Origin: the human T2T-CHM13v2.0 reference genome, Homo sapiens | Reading direction: 5' to 3' (one strand) | DNA: 64,000 bases | Assembly (NCBI RefSeq): GCF_009914755.1 | Contig: NC_060932.1 | Shown here: in pieces, positions 31,501 to 46,509 of the stretch | Numbering within the stretch: position 1 is the stretch's first letter | Layout of the letters: every line of letters starts with the position of its first letter | The notes under the pieces: model-generated | Seen by the model: only the letters and a program-made list of their open reading frames with translations | What the model was told of the DNA's origin: nothing | Database searches by the model: none | Translations under genes and position numbers: made by a program

Positions 31501-34190
31501 ATATTAAACAACTGATCCAAATTCAGATTTTAAGATAATGGTTATTAATGGTTTTTGTGTCTTCACTATTTCCGAAATTCTAGTTGTAAGAAAAAATAAT
31601 TTGTTTATGGCCTACTATACTATTTAGCAATCTTTGGAGACAGATGCTTGATGATATATTCCATCTAATAATGTGTTATCTTGGTGAAAATGGGCACATG
31701 CATGCATTTTCTGGGGCTCAGTTTCTATATCTGTAAAGAATCACCATAAACATTCACAGAATTTTACATTAGTTAAGTGAATTAATTCACATACAGAACT
31801 CATTTTTAGTATTAATTTTGAGATGGCTCATATATTACAGATTTTATAAAGCTAACTCAAATAACTTTGAGTTGGAATAGAGAAGAAATGCATATCAATA
31901 TCCACACCTATATACGTACCCAGGTAGATTAAATATTTCCTTTGAAAATCTGCAGCATGTCTGCGCCTCCTCAGGGTCCTCACTCCTACCCAAGTCCTTA
32001 TTGCCTAGAACTCATTAGACTAAGTGTATCCATCTACAACTGAGTCTCCCCAAGTCCAAGACTCACTGTGTAGGTGACTCTTTCTCAAGCTTCAATCTCT
32101 GCCAGTTGAAGTGCACACTACCAATAGCCTAGTCAAGACCACTTTTTCTATTCTACTACTGCCAAACACTTTAATTCATTAAAATAACTGTTTAACAAAA
32201 ATAGTAAATAACCATTAGAAGCAAAAAGAACAAGAAATTAAACTAGTAATAAACTGATGAAAATATTTTAAACATATTTCGAGCCTAGAGAACCATTTCA
32301 CTACTTCTATTCAGCTGTTTTCAGTGGATTTTCAAGCTTTAAAGCATGGCATTTGGAGTATATGACAAACCTGAAGAAAAATGGTACAGTAAATTTTTGA
32401 CTTAATACAAATGTTGTAGTAGCATTAGACAACATCTCTGGAATGAGAAACACATGAAAACAAGACAGCTTTGCTTTTAAACTGGCTGGCTTTGATTTAG
32501 TATTACATTACTATCTGTTTTATGAGTTCCGTAATACAAGCCTATTTGGTTCATAATGAATAAATGATGAATAATTCATAACATGAAAAAATTAATCAGA
32601 GAAGTCTGATTTTAGAGATCTTTTTCTCAAAAAGAGACAAAGCAACCATATAGATCATGAGGTACACTCTTAAAATACCAGAATTTTTTGTTAATATTAG
32701 TCTAAAGAACATTATATTCTGTAAGCTCAAAATCAACCTCTTTAAATAAATAAAACCTCTTTAAATAAACCTTCTTAGATAAATTATTTTACCTAAATGG
32801 GTACATTACAAACGTGTAGATTTATGCACAAAATGTAACATAATCATGGACAGGCAAGCACTGTTGCTCTGCTTCTTTTTCCATCTAATTTTAAATCACA
32901 CTGAATAATAAATCAGTTGAACTGATGACTTGTATAAAATACTGAGTTCTTTGGAGAAATAACACTATTTATTATAAATTCTGTAACCTTGGAATGTGCA
33001 ATTGTGATTTGTAGGTATTTTTGAGCCTGCTGTAACAGTATTCTAATTCCCCAAATCTGAAAGATAGAGAAAAACACCTACCTCAAGCCTTATCTAAATA
33101 GAATATCCTTACTAAAGCTGCATTCGCACAAGAAGCCTAACTGGACATATGAAAGCCTGGCATGTTTGTGTCTGTTTTCTCTCTCTTTGTTTTTTTTTAC
33201 ACTGTTTTATTCTAACCTCAGTTGAAAATGACTTTAAAAAGCCCAGGTCTACTAGTTTTGGTAGGAAAAAGGCTGAATTAGTATAGTGACTTTCAGTAAT
33301 GGGATGTGTCCCTGTATTGTCATGTATGTTGATCTCTCAAGTTAGTAGGTGTTATACACAGAATTTACTGACAGTCAATCCTCTATCTATCCTGAGTGAG
33401 AAAAAATGGAAGAGGGAATGGTGAAGAGGAAATGTCTAAACAGACCTGAGCCTGGCAACAGGCATGGCAGGTGGTGGATCTGGAAAGAGATAAGAAGACC
33501 CAGCAAACTGTCCAAGAATATAACTTAGGCAACTTGGTTCTTTCAATGCAAATTTTTTATGGACTGTCTCATGTGTCTTGTTCTTTGCCTAATAATGCTT
33601 TCTTCACTTTCTTCCCCTGAATTTTTGAATCAGAATTGTTCTTGTTTTTTTTCTAAATAATATTTTAAAAGACTAAAATTCAGTACATTACAAATAAATA
33701 TAGGAGGCATAACTCAGCTCACACATTTAGATGTGCAATAAATATTGTATTTCTTAATTGTGTTTAAGTAACTGATATCCAACTGAGAGACCTCATTATG
33801 CTGGAAAGACAGCAAAATCAAACTCAGGCATTATTAAAGCCTGTGTGCACTGTAGGGAACTGCAGAGATCTAGCTTACATCTCTACTTGGAAAATGGAGG
33901 AAGGGTCTCTAGTCACTGGGAGTCGTCTTGTATAAGACTCCCAGTCTCTGGTTCTATGGCTACTGTAGGCTTCTCCCATCACCAGCAAAGAGCAGAAATT
34001 ATTGCCAAGAATGGAACTCTTGACGCTTGAAGTCTAGCCTGCCTCATGCCACAATTCACTCACACCCTTTAAGGTCTACTTTCCCAGTCACTCCCAGGGC
34101 AGCGTCCATCAGAACTCAGAAATCTGAGACCACAGCCATTTATCTACTTTACATTGGGGGAGATAAATCTCCTTTCTCATTTTTCTGCCC

Positions 34191-34589
34191 TGATATGGTT
34201 TGGTTCTGTGTCCCTGCCAAAATCTCATATTGAATTGTAATCCTTAGTCTTGGTGGTGGGGGCTGGTGGGAGGTGATTGGATCATGGAGGCAGTTTCTAA
34301 TGGTTTAGCACCATCCTCCTAGTGCTGTCTTGTGATAGAGTTCTCATGAGATCTGGTTGTTTGAAAGTGTGTGGCACCTCCACCTTTGCTCTCTCTTCCT
34401 TCTGCTCCCTCCAAGTGAAGATGTGCTTGCTTCTCCTTCACCTTCTGCCATGGTTGTAAGTTTCCTGTGGCCTGCCAGAACCAGAAGCCTGCACAGCCCA
34501 CATAACCATGCACCAATTAAAACTATTTTCTTTATAAATTAGCCAGTCTCAGGTATGCCTTTATAGCAAGGTAATAATGGACTAATACA
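34191..34589 (+). mobile_element. MST (MSTB-like) MaLR solo LTR
   Basis: TGATATGGTTTGG...GGACTAATACA termini with 5-bp TSD TGCCC (34186-34190, 34590-34594). Confidence 0.92.
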
Positions 34590-35796
34590 TGCCCTTAAAT
34601 AGCAAAGCTATCAGGTGCTATCATTATTTTAACAGTCACGAATATTAGTTGCCAAGCAATGAATGGTCAGAGACTCCACTGATTGCAGTAAGTACACAGA
34701 GCCATTAGTGATCCAACTTGCTGATCAACCCTCAGACATTCAGTGAAAATCATATCTATTTATACTAAGTAACATAGTCTCAAACTCAGCACAAATTTTA
34801 AGGCTAATCATTGACCTATTACCACACTTCAATTAAATGTCTTATAATTAGGGCCATCACTCCAGCATAATTAAGTCATTTCTTTCCCTCATACTACCCC
34901 ATACATTATATTCACTAATCCAAAGATTAAATATGACATACATCCTTTCCATTAAGGATCCTGCAACCTGCTTTGACAATTTTAGATCACACAAATGTCA
35001 TTTAATGCAATAAAATGGTTTCTTGCCCTTCAGTAACTTTTCTCTCTGTAGGTTAACATTCATGTTTAGCGTATCAAAAAAGCATCAAGATTCTGGTGAC
35101 TTTAAGCAGTCTTATATAGTGATTTTGCTTTCAGTCAAACACAGAATAGGCCACTAACCTAATGTTGACATTTGCTTTTTATTTGTGTGTGTGTGTTTGT
35201 TTTAATTATCCACGATCAGTTATGAGGCAGCCTTACTTTAAATACCAAGAGCTCTGTTAACAACTGACAAAAGGAGGTACCCAACTGAGAAAAAGTGCTG
35301 AGGTCAAAACTGATTCTCATTATTTTCTGAGTTCATTAAATGCCATATTGAAAATTAGGAAAGTCATATTAAAGATTTTAATTTTACTACTTATTTGTAG
35401 TGTTAATATAAAATAAAATGAAGACAGACCAGGCCTGAGAATCCCTAGAGCAGATAAAACCACTTAGGTTACGTAAAGGAAATGGTTATTTCTTGTAAAC
35501 GCCTCTGGTGATCATAAACAAAACTTAACTTGCCTTCTAAAAGTGGAATAAGATGATCACTTTTAACCAATCCTTTGCCTCCTGAAAACCATATTGTAAT
35601 TACAGTGATGGTACAGGTTAAAAAACGTCTGCATTTTTACTTCATAAGTAGTTCGTAAAGCCATGCCTCTTAACTACTTTTGTTTGAGACCTCTAGGTTC
35701 AGAAACTGTTCTTCCCTGGGCGAGATAAACTTTCTGTAAATTAAAAAAAAAAAAAATGGCAGATAAAATTGTTCCCATTTATTGAGTATAAATTAT

Positions 35797-35950
35797 TTTT
35801 TTTTTTTCTTCATGGGCTCTCATTCTGGTTCCCAGACTGGAGGGCAGTGGAGCTCACTGCAGCCTTCAACTTCTGAAGTCAAGGTATCCTCCCACTTCAG
35901 CCTTCTGAGTAGCTGGGATTACAGGTGTGTGCCACTATGCATGGCTAACA
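35797..35950 (-). mobile_element. Alu monomer (FRAM/AluJ right arm)
   Basis: Poly(T) then GACTGGAGGGCAGTGG...GCTCACTGCAGCC...GTAGCTGGGATTACAGG...GGCTAA. Confidence 0.75.
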
Positions 35951-36534
35951 TGAAGTTTTGAAATATATGTACATTGCTAAATGGCAAAATCAACCTAATT
36001 AACATAAGTATTACTGCACATAGTTGTCATTTTTGTGATAACACTTAAAATCTTGTCAGCATTTTTCAAGAATGCAATATATTATTAACTATAATTCACC
36101 ATGTAGCGCTTTAAAATTTTTAAATATAATCTGTTTTATTTTTGACAGTAGTTAATAATTATAACAGCCTAAGTGAAAAATGAGGTCTTATTATTATAAA
36201 AGAATTTTAAAGTCTTAAAACGGACTAGATAAAATAAGTGGAAAAATAGATTCCAGAGATCTAATTTCAGAACATCATTTATTATAACTATATGAAATGA
36301 AGTAGATGAGCTGCTATCATCCTTTAAAAGAAGTCTATTCAGATAAACTTCAATAAATATGTTGTATTGAAGAAAAGGCAAGATGATTTCTCTAAAAAAA
36401 ATGAGATCTATTAAACTATTAAGCCATTAAAGTTGTTTGAAAAGAAAAAGGTATTAGAGACAATGAAGGGAAATATGTGGGACAGAAAATTGGATCTAAA
36501 TGTATGTGAAAATAAATATAATTTAAAAGCTCTT

Positions 36535-37081
36535 GAAACACCAAAAACATTTTAAGCCTTGAGAGAGATGTGACTGTGATCTGAGTAACACATAGTTACA
36601 ACTTCTGTTTCTCAGATTATGGATTAAAAACTTCCTGATTTTTCTTGTTCTATGCAATGATTAGAGATAATTAAATGACAACATCACGGACAAAACCTTC
36701 CTGGCTTCTTAAATAATGATGCTTTTTATAGATTAACTTCACTTTTGTTGTCCTACTTTGCTTAGACCAGATGAAAGATAACCCATGACGATTACACCCT
36801 CTGTAAAAAATGTTAAATGCACCCTCCCCAAGAGGAAACACTGCCTATAACCAATCAAATTGCTTTAACTATGCATCAGCCATGTATGGAAAATGTTGCA
36901 GTCCTCTTAAAAACTCCTCTGTCTCTGCTGATATAAATGAAACCATAACTTCTCTACTTCTGGATGCTGATTCCATTTCTTTGGAGTTAGTGTTTCTGAG
37001 TGGTCTATCCTCTTACACTTGACACTTGAATAAACTCTCTTTAAAGTAGATTCTGACCCTCTTGATTATTTTAGGTTGACA
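36535..37081 (+). mobile_element. ERV1 (MER4-group) solo LTR
   Basis: TG start, AATAAA at about 37029 and ...ATTATTTTAGGTTGACA end typical of MER4-group LTRs; exact family not resolved. Confidence 0.6.
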
Positions 37082-37315
37082 TAGAATTAAAAACAAATAT
37101 TACCATATCCAACACCAAAGGCTGTAAAAAAAAAAAAAAAAGAAACTGTAGAGTACTACTTTACTATGAGTAGAAACAAGGTTTAAACACAAGGATCAAG
37201 ATAAGAAAAATGGAACATTTAGTTTATTTCCTAAAAAAGCATAATTATTAAGGGTGGATGTGGACAAGTAAAAGTCACTAAGGCCACAGAATAAAAGCTA
37301 TAATTTATTAGACCA

Positions 37316-37317
<2 letters not shown>

Positions 37318-37359
<42 letters not shown>

Positions 37360-37361
37360 AC
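37318..37361. repeat. (CA)n microsatellite
   Basis: About 21 AC units with one interruption. Confidence 0.95.
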
Positions 37362-39692
37362 AAACTATTGTAAAGATATAAAGATATTGAGAGAATATTT
37401 TCAAATATTGGTGTTTGAGGTTTAAAACGGTATGTGAGCACCTTGTTGCATCATCTATTGATAATTTCACTCATCTCCCTGTGAAGATACAGATATGAAA
37501 AAAAGTCCACATCACAGCCAATAGCTAAGGCTAACAGACAACTAAAGTAAGTACAGGTACAAAACTCTTCATTTAACTCTAGCATATATATATATGAAGC
37601 TAGACTAATTAAACCTTACACTGGCCTTATTCTAAGGAAGAGAGACCATTTGAAATATGCAATGAAGAAAAAAATTATTTCAAACACTGAATGACATGCA
37701 TCTAAATATATAAAAGAAAAACAAATTTCTAAGGAAATGTAAATATAACAAAAGAGTAAAAGAGGGTATTAAGATACATCTAAGTCCTTGATAGAAAAGA
37801 CAATGTTAAAATATCAATAATCTTATTATTAGACATAGTTCAATCTAATTATTTTTAAATTATAAATGCATATTATTGAATGATTCATATATAATTGTTA
37901 TAATAAGGCTATTTTTTCATTTTTTTTCCAGTGGCAAGATTATATATGTCATGAGATTTCACCAAAGTAGAATAATTTATAGTATATTTCTAACTAAACA
38001 AATAATCAAAGACATTTCCCTCAAAATGGAAATAAATATGCTCTCATTTCAAAACACAAATAGAGCCTTTCCTGAATAAATGAGAAATGGTTGTGTGGCA
38101 TATCTATTTAAAGGATTTAGGATATTGTACAATTTCCCTGTGCTCACAAGGGTTTGTAAACAGTCGAATAGAAAATCTCTGGACTAGACAGGAATATGAA
38201 CCCTTATTAATCCGATGGGAATAAATGGCAATGATTCAGTTCGGATATATCATCGAGCTACCTACAATGGTTTGTCATAATGTAAGCTTGCACAAATTAG
38301 AAGCAAGCCAAGGAAAGGGGGATAAGGGAGATACTGAACTGGAAAAGATTTGCCTAAATTGGCTTAATTACATTTCAGCCACGTTTGTTACCAGAGGGTA
38401 ACAAAAGAAGGCCTCAGAAGGGGATTAAATTCAATTATACATTAAAGTAAGGAATAAATCTTTCCCCAAAGAAACAAACCTATACTGAAATTGTGGACAA
38501 CAGAAAATCACCCAGTAGAAATTACTAAACATATGGGATACAGTTTTTAGAAGACGCATATAAAGATAAATAATAAAATTTCAGTGTTTTTACTATTAAT
38601 AATAAAAACTGACAACATTCCAAAATGAGAATAAGTCAAAAATATGTAGTAAGTTAATAAAATTCAATTTAAAAATGTATTTAGATGGCAGGAAAATTAT
38701 ATTATTATGAATAATATAATATGTAATAATTTTAAACAACTATCAGTTCAATCCTTACAAAGCTAAGTAAGAAAATAAAAATAAATGGCATATGAGATTG
38801 GAATGAAGAACACAACAAATCAGTGAACTAAAGATAAGAGAAAATGTGCAAGTCTAAAAAAAGGTGGCAGCTTGAGTTATTGTTGACTGCTCTTCGTTGC
38901 CTGCATAATATAATTTATGCCTTTTGCCATATTGTTCAGTAGTACTTACTTGTACAGAAGTTTCAGTATATTTCTCTGACTCAATTATGTAGAGTTTGTT
39001 ACTTGCTTTGGTCAAAGAAGTGATAGTTGAAGCATTATGAACAGAGGCTTAAATGTGGTTGCATGACTTTGCTGTGTCTTTTTAACCATTACCTTTTACT
39101 ATAAAAAGAATAGGTATCAGGTAGTCACTGGTTGAAGGAAAACGAGGGGACATGTAGAGAAGAATCTAACCCACAGTCTAGAGCAAACCCCGGCTGGTTT
39201 CAGACAAGCCTAACAGAGTCCAAGCCTACCCTCAGACTTATACAAGAAAAACACAACCTTTTCCTTCTATGCCATTAAGTTTAGGACTAGTTTACTGTAC
39301 AAATTACTGTGGATACAACTACTATATAAAATAACTTAAGAAAATATGAATCAAATGGTTTTTTAAAGTCACGAGTTATGCTTTATTGATGTCTCTTGGA
39401 AGAATGCCTGGTTAAGCTAGGAAGCTGGAATCAGACTCGTGTTCTCTCACTTATTAGTACTCTTCAAGTCTCAAATATTCCATTTGATTCTTAATTTCCC
39501 ATTAATTTTTCCTTTTAGTAATAAAATAATATTTTTATAAATGTATATATACATATAAATATGTAAATGTATATAAAGTGGAATAAATTTTAAAATGAAC
39601 TATTATGCACACAATCCCTAGATTCAACAGTGATCACTGTTATTATCTTTTCATCTTTTATTTTTTTTCCTCCTTTTGTATTTCATAACATA

Positions 39693-39833
39693 TTGTAATC
39701 CCAGTTACTTGGAGGGTTGAGGCAGGAGAATTGCTTGAATCCAGGAGGTGGAGGTTAAAGTGAGAGGAACAATCGCACCACTGCACTCCAGCCTGGTTGA
39801 CAGAGTGAGACCCTGTCTCAAAAAAAAAAAAAA
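39693..39833 (+). mobile_element. Alu right-arm fragment
   Basis: TGTAATCCCAG...GAGGCAGGAGAATTGCTTGAA...GAGACCCTGTCTC + poly(A). Confidence 0.88.
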
Positions 39834-40309
39834 GGGATCTATTACTTCATGACTCCTAATAGTTAGAGGGCAGTGGATTGGGGAAATAGGCAACATGTCC
39901 CACTTAGGGAAAAAAAAAGTCCTGGATACTTTCTACCTCGTGGACGTCCATTTAGTTACGTGGTTACACACTCTCAGGGCCGTGCTAAGAAATACTGCTT
40001 TTATTCTTGAAAGATATATACTCAAAGAATCAAGAAATTTTATTACAATAAGAAAGAACTGATATTGGAGACAACTGGTAGTCCCTGAAAATCTATTTTA
40101 TAAAAGTCAGTAGTTATTTCTGAGGAAACATCTTTTATGCTGAGAATTGAAGGATACGTCCATAAAATGATCTTAAACTAACAACTACTGTGAAGCTTAA
40201 AAAAATGAAACACTGAAAGAAGTCATGTTAAAGTTAAAAATGGAATGTTTTCCCTGCTAATATAAAACATTACACTGAAAACATTAATAATTATACAAAA
40301 CACAAAGAT

Positions 40310-40656
<347 letters not shown>

Positions 40657-42320
40657 TTATTGTCATGTATTACAGCATGTTAGGATACTTTGGAAACTGA
40701 AAATGATCAACTGAACAAAATATCTATGCAGTAAGAAGGTAATTTACTACATATGTAAATACTATATTTATATTTTAAAAATGCAAAACCAATTGTTTCT
40801 CAGCATAAGATAAGCATTTGAACATACAATAAACCTGAAAATAATCTAAAAACTAAATTCTCCAGAAACATCCACGATATATATGCAAGAAAAAAAAACT
40901 ACTATTGAAAGATATTTTAAAAGTCTTAGAAAAAATAGCATATTCCTGAATAGAAAACTTACCACTATGCATATGACAATTTTCTCTTTAAGAACCTAAA
41001 TTTCAGATATAATAACAAATTACATAAGAAATTTGGGAACTTAATATTATACTTCAAAAGATATCTAACAAAGTAAAAGATCTAAGTAACAAGGAAATGA
41101 AAAAAGAAATTAATGTATAAATTTTAAGAATTGAATTTAAAAATTCACTTTTTAACTGTAATTGAAACAGAATGATAATGACAAATGGTTATAAGCACAG
41201 ATGAAACTAGCAGAGGCAAAAATATAATGAAGTGAGTTTAGGAATAAATTTTAAAATATCTTTTGATTCAGCAAACCCACTAGTAAGAATTTAAACTAAA
41301 AAGAAAAATATTGAAAAAGATTAATGCTCATCAATATTAAAATAGCACAACAAACTAATAATGAATATTAGAATCACTTGACTAGCAACAATAGATGTTA
41401 CATAAATTATGACACACTTATATAATGGTTTACTATTCAGTCATTAAAAATCATGCTATAAAACAATAACTTCCATACATGTATTTAATATCAAAAAAGT
41501 AAGTATGATTTCAATTGTAAGATTAAGTAGTACATGTTAATAGAAGAGTGACTGAAAGGATATTTTAAATTATGATGGCTAATCTCTAAATGCTGAGATT
41601 GTAAGATTAGCTTTATTCATATTATTTAACAAAAAAACCTAGAAGTGCATCTCAGGTAAAGAATAATTATTTTAAAATCATTTAAGTAGTGTTTTAAAAG
41701 TTTTACTAGGCAGATGCTAGTTATAAAAAATTTAAAAATCATATGACAAAAGTCTTTGCAATGGCAGGACTCATTAAACAAGTATTATTTTTTGTGTCCA
41801 CTTGGATGAGAAAACAGTATCTGAAATGCAAAAGAAACAGAAGGAAATGTAATTCACACATTAAAAATTATACAAATGCAACAGAAATTTGGAAAGAAAT
41901 ATAGTTAATGTAGATTGGAGATTTCAAACTGGAAAATCATGAACACTCCTCTGAGATAATATATGAAGAAATATAGATAGAGACTAATGAAGTTGTTTCA
42001 GCTTCTCATTGTAGTGTATTTATTAAATATTATCCTACAAACTTAGGTTAGCATATCTTAGATCTTTAATTCTTTTTTTTTATTCTAACAGAGATTTGTA
42101 ATACCTGTATATGCAAAATGATAAAATTCTACTGAAATATATTAATGAAAATCTGAGCAAATAAAGACACACACACTATGTACAGAGACTCTTGACTGGA
42201 TAAAAATGTTAATTCTCTCTTAAATAATATATAGATATAAGGTAACTCCACACACAACGGTAACAGAATTTTATATAGAATTGCAGGAGGTTTCTTTCTA
42301 AAACTAAGAATAAAAAGTAG

Positions 42321-43096
42321 TGTGTATGCATTCTTTTTTCTCCATAACCTCACCAGCATCTGTTATTTTTTGACATTTACTATTAGCCATTCTGACTGGT
42401 GTGGGATGTTATGTCGCTGTGGTTTTGATTTGCATTTCTCTAATGATTAGAGATTTTGGGCTTTTTTTCATATGGTAGTTGGCCACATGTATGCCTTCTT
42501 TTGAAAGGTATCTGTTTACGTCCTTTGCCCACTATTTTATGGAGTTGTTTTTTTCTTGTTAATTTGTGTAAATTCCTTATAGATGCTTGATATTAGACCT
42601 TTGTCAGATGCATAGTATGCAAAAATTTTCTCCCATTCTGTAGGCTGTCTGCTTAGTCTGTTGGTAGCTTCTTTTGCTGTGCAGAAGCTCTAAGAAAATG
42701 TGGTACCTATATGCCATAGAATATTATGCAGTCATAAAGAACAAGATCATGTCCTTTGCAGGGACATGGATGAAGCTGGAGGCCAATATCCTTAGCAAAA
42801 TAACACAGGAAGAGAAAAACAAATATTCTGTGTTCTCACTTATAAGTGGGAGCTAAATGATGTGATCACATAGGCACAGAGGGGAACAACACACACTGGG
42901 GCCTTCCAGAGAATGGAGGGTGAGAGGAGGGAGAAGATCAGGAAAAATAACTAATGGATACTAGGCTTAATACCTGGATGAGGAAATAATCTGTACAACA
43001 AACCCTCATGACACAAGTTTTCCTATGTAATGAACCTGCACTTGTAACCCTGAACTTAAAATAAGAGTTAAAAAATAAAATAAAATAATCAAAAAT
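42321..43096 (+). mobile_element. 5'-inverted (twin-primed) older L1PA
   Basis: About 42321-42690 is L1 ORF2 in antisense; about 42691-43096 is the L1 3' end in sense with an A-rich tail; TSD AATAAAAAG(T/C)AG at 42309-42320 and 43097-43108. Confidence 0.85.
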
Positions 43097-44429
43097 AATA
43101 AAAAGCAGAGGTTCAATGATACATAACCCTTCTGAAGGGGGACTTGCACACTTAATGTAAAACTAAAGTACTTATGACAATGATATTGGCACAGGAATAA
43201 ACACACAGACTAATAAAACAAAGAAAAGTTAAAAAATATTTTGAATATATGAAAATTTAACATATTAAAACACTGATATGGGGTATTTATGAAGAAAGGA
43301 GGTACTAAGCAAATAGGAAAACTCGTTATCTGTAAAAAAATGAAAATAGATCTCGGTCTCACATTATATGTAGAATTAAAAACCAGAACATTTAATTATC
43401 TAATGGAAATATTTTAAATATTTAGAAGAAAATAAAGGCTTTGGTATGAGATTTCTTAAATGAGATATAAAAACAGCAGCAGCAACATAAACCATCAGTT
43501 TTAATAAAGGATTGTTAAATTTAACTACACTAAAATTAGGATTTCATGAAAAAATAATAAGCTAGACCTGGGAGAAAATACTTGTCATATGCATGTCTAA
43601 TAAAGGATTGGTATATAAAGCATACAGACTATACATCCATAATGAAAAAGTATACAACCCTGTCGAAAATAGACAAAAGATGTGAAAAGCTTGTGCTAAT
43701 GTTCAGCCCATACAGAACAGGGCAGGCTTAATGTCCTTCACATCTAGCTTATTTTCTGATTGCGCTAATATCTACTTACAATGATTGTTGCCTTTCCTGT
43801 ACCAGTTGCTAAATGTTTAGAATATCACTCTATCAACAGGCATTCCACGGAATAGGAAATACACATGGCCAATAAACATATGACAAAACAAGCAATGGGG
43901 GAAACACAAATCATGGTCTTAATGAGGTCGTTCACAACCAATGGATTGGAAAATATGAGTTTTGACAATACTAAATGCTAAAGAGAATTCAAGTCAACGG
44001 ATCTTTTATAAGCAGCTTGTGTGTGTTTCGATCCATAGACATTTGGAAAACAATTTGAGATTTTCTTTTCAAGTTGAATATTTCCACTACATCCCACAGC
44101 CCCATTCTTAGGAATATATCCAAGAGAAATGCTTGCCTGTGTGCAGCAGAAATAGAATCTTCCCTTTCTTTAATGTTTCTCCAACTTAGGGAGTCTTTGT
44201 CTCCATCCTGTCTTTGAACATACTTGTCTCTTCATGTCTACTAATCCCTTCAAGCCCAAGCCAATAATGCAAGTTTTGTGAAAATAACTTCTGCATTTAT
44301 GCCTGTTACACAAAGGGAATACAGATACTTGGCTTATGGAAGTAAATCAGAATAAAAAATATAGACAGAAAGTAAAAAAAAAAAAAAAAACACAGAAGTT
44401 AATATTTAAATAACTTGTCCTGGTCTATA

Positions 44430-44680
44430 ATGATAATAGTACATCAGCCACTATTTACAGAGTGCCCACTGTATGCCGATGTTTTACAAACTTCTGCCAT
44501 GATTAACTTAATTTTCCACAATATTTTCATAAAGTTTGGGCTATGATTATTATTTTTCATAAATTAGGAAACTAAGGCATACAAAAGTTAAATGGTCCAA
44601 ATTCCTACAGCTTCAAAGCAGAGCCCAGATTCTAATCCAGATAATCTTTTTAGAAGGTTCAAATCTGAAAAACTACATTA
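44430..44680 (-). mobile_element. MIR
   Basis: TATTTACAGAGTGCCCACTGTATGCC...GAAACTAAGGCATACAAAAGTTAAAT...AGAGCCCAGATTCTAATCCAG resembles the MIR core. Confidence 0.65.
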
Positions 44681-46509
44681 AGCCCATCTCAATGTCTACT
44701 TGCATTCCTCCTTATCAGCACTGGTGACCCTGGTAATCATTATGCAAAACATGAAATAGACTCTGAACATCCTTAATTAGATCAAAGTTGGATAGCTTAT
44801 CTCTGAGTCGATCAATGACAGTTCCTCAGGATCTTGGGATTTGGAATGAGCAGTGGGATATCAGAATAAAGAGCCTGAGATAGCAAAGGCAGAGAAACAG
44901 AGAGTTAGAGGCTTATGACAAAACAACATGCCAACGAGACCTATAGCTTATCAATACATTATAGTTACTAAAAATAGCATTATCTTTTGGTTGGGAATAG
45001 ATAACATTAGGAGACTTAGATTTGATTTCTGATACACATGACATACCAGTTAATAATAAGCTAAATTAATGATCAGAATTTTATTAACAATATTTTTCAT
45101 GGTGCTCTTCAGCTTTCAAAATGCTATTATTTCAGTTCATTTTAACTTGATTTAAAAAAGAAAATAAGTTCAACATTAATAGATGAGGAAACTGAGGGTG
45201 AGAGAATTGAGATAATTATCCAAAAACACTTTCATTACTTCTGAGTTCAATTCTAACTCCGCATCTTCAAATTACTGTTTTTAACAGTAAATATGTTCTT
45301 ATTCTTATATCTTTCTAAAATTGTTTTTTCATCTATACAAGATTTATGGTGTTTATCCACACTCTTTTCTGCTCCCATCGAAATATCTTTACTCATGATT
45401 TAATCAGTATAAGTTTGGGTGATTGCATTTTCTTTCTTCACATTAACTGTAAAATAAATTTGTTTTCATGATTCAGTGTCTTAACAAATTAAAAGTACTT
45501 AATACAGAATATGATCCCAGGTAGCCCCTTACTGAGTTAATGTACAAGATAGGAAAGTCGAGCTTGATAGAGTTTACTCAGGAGGACCTCATTCAAGCAG
45601 GGCTCAGAGGCACAATTCACGCTGCACAGCATATTACAAATTCATTGCATCTCCACAGCGAGAAGGGGAGGATAAAAAACATTAAAAATTATTTTGTTTT
45701 TGTTGCTGAAGTTACATGAAAATGCAGTCAACAGTAAAATGTAAGATGTTAAAAGACAAAGAAAGATTATATTACAGTGTATACTGGTTAACTCTGTCAT
45801 AGTTTAATTTGGAAAATGTCATATGTAAATATAGCTCTAAAGTTTCCATAGATTCAACTAAAACAGTGCTCTGCAGAAAACGAAATAGAACTCAAGATAA
45901 AGCCAAAATGAGTTAGATACAATTGTGTTCCATAACTTAATTAGTATTAAAATGAGTCAGTACCTAATTACATTAATTACATTAGTGCATTGACAGAAAT
46001 TTCCAAGAGTTATACTGTGTTCAGAAAATAGATTTTATTTCAGGAGTTTGCAAATTTTATAATCACCATAAACATTTTAAATATTTCATGCAACATTTTA
46101 TTTGAAACTGAAATTGTTTCATAAAAGTTCTGTGATTATCTGAAAGCAGTGCACTAAATTTTCTTTGATGTGTTTTAAATGTTTACAAGTCTTCTCATTT
46201 CTAGACACCACTACAGAAACATATTACTAATAATTTATCTTTATAGAATATTTTTAATATTTCCCCAGTTCTCTTAAAGAGTAATTTACATTATTGTGTT
46301 CTCCTTTTTTTATACTCTGTATGAACAGAAAGAAAAAGGATGTGATAAAAAAAATTCAGAGAAAACATTTTGCAAATAATCTTTCTATAAGTATTTTATA
46401 AAAAATAAAATTGCTGCTGATCTGAAATATAAAATATTACATTTCTAGTCTTATGTAGAAGGAACTCAAGCAACAATATCATTACTCTTTATGACACTGA
46501 TAATAAGTC

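Noticed and set aside
32735-32770. Short tandem duplication AACCTCTTTAAATAA
   Set aside because: Ordinary slippage duplication in AT-rich DNA.
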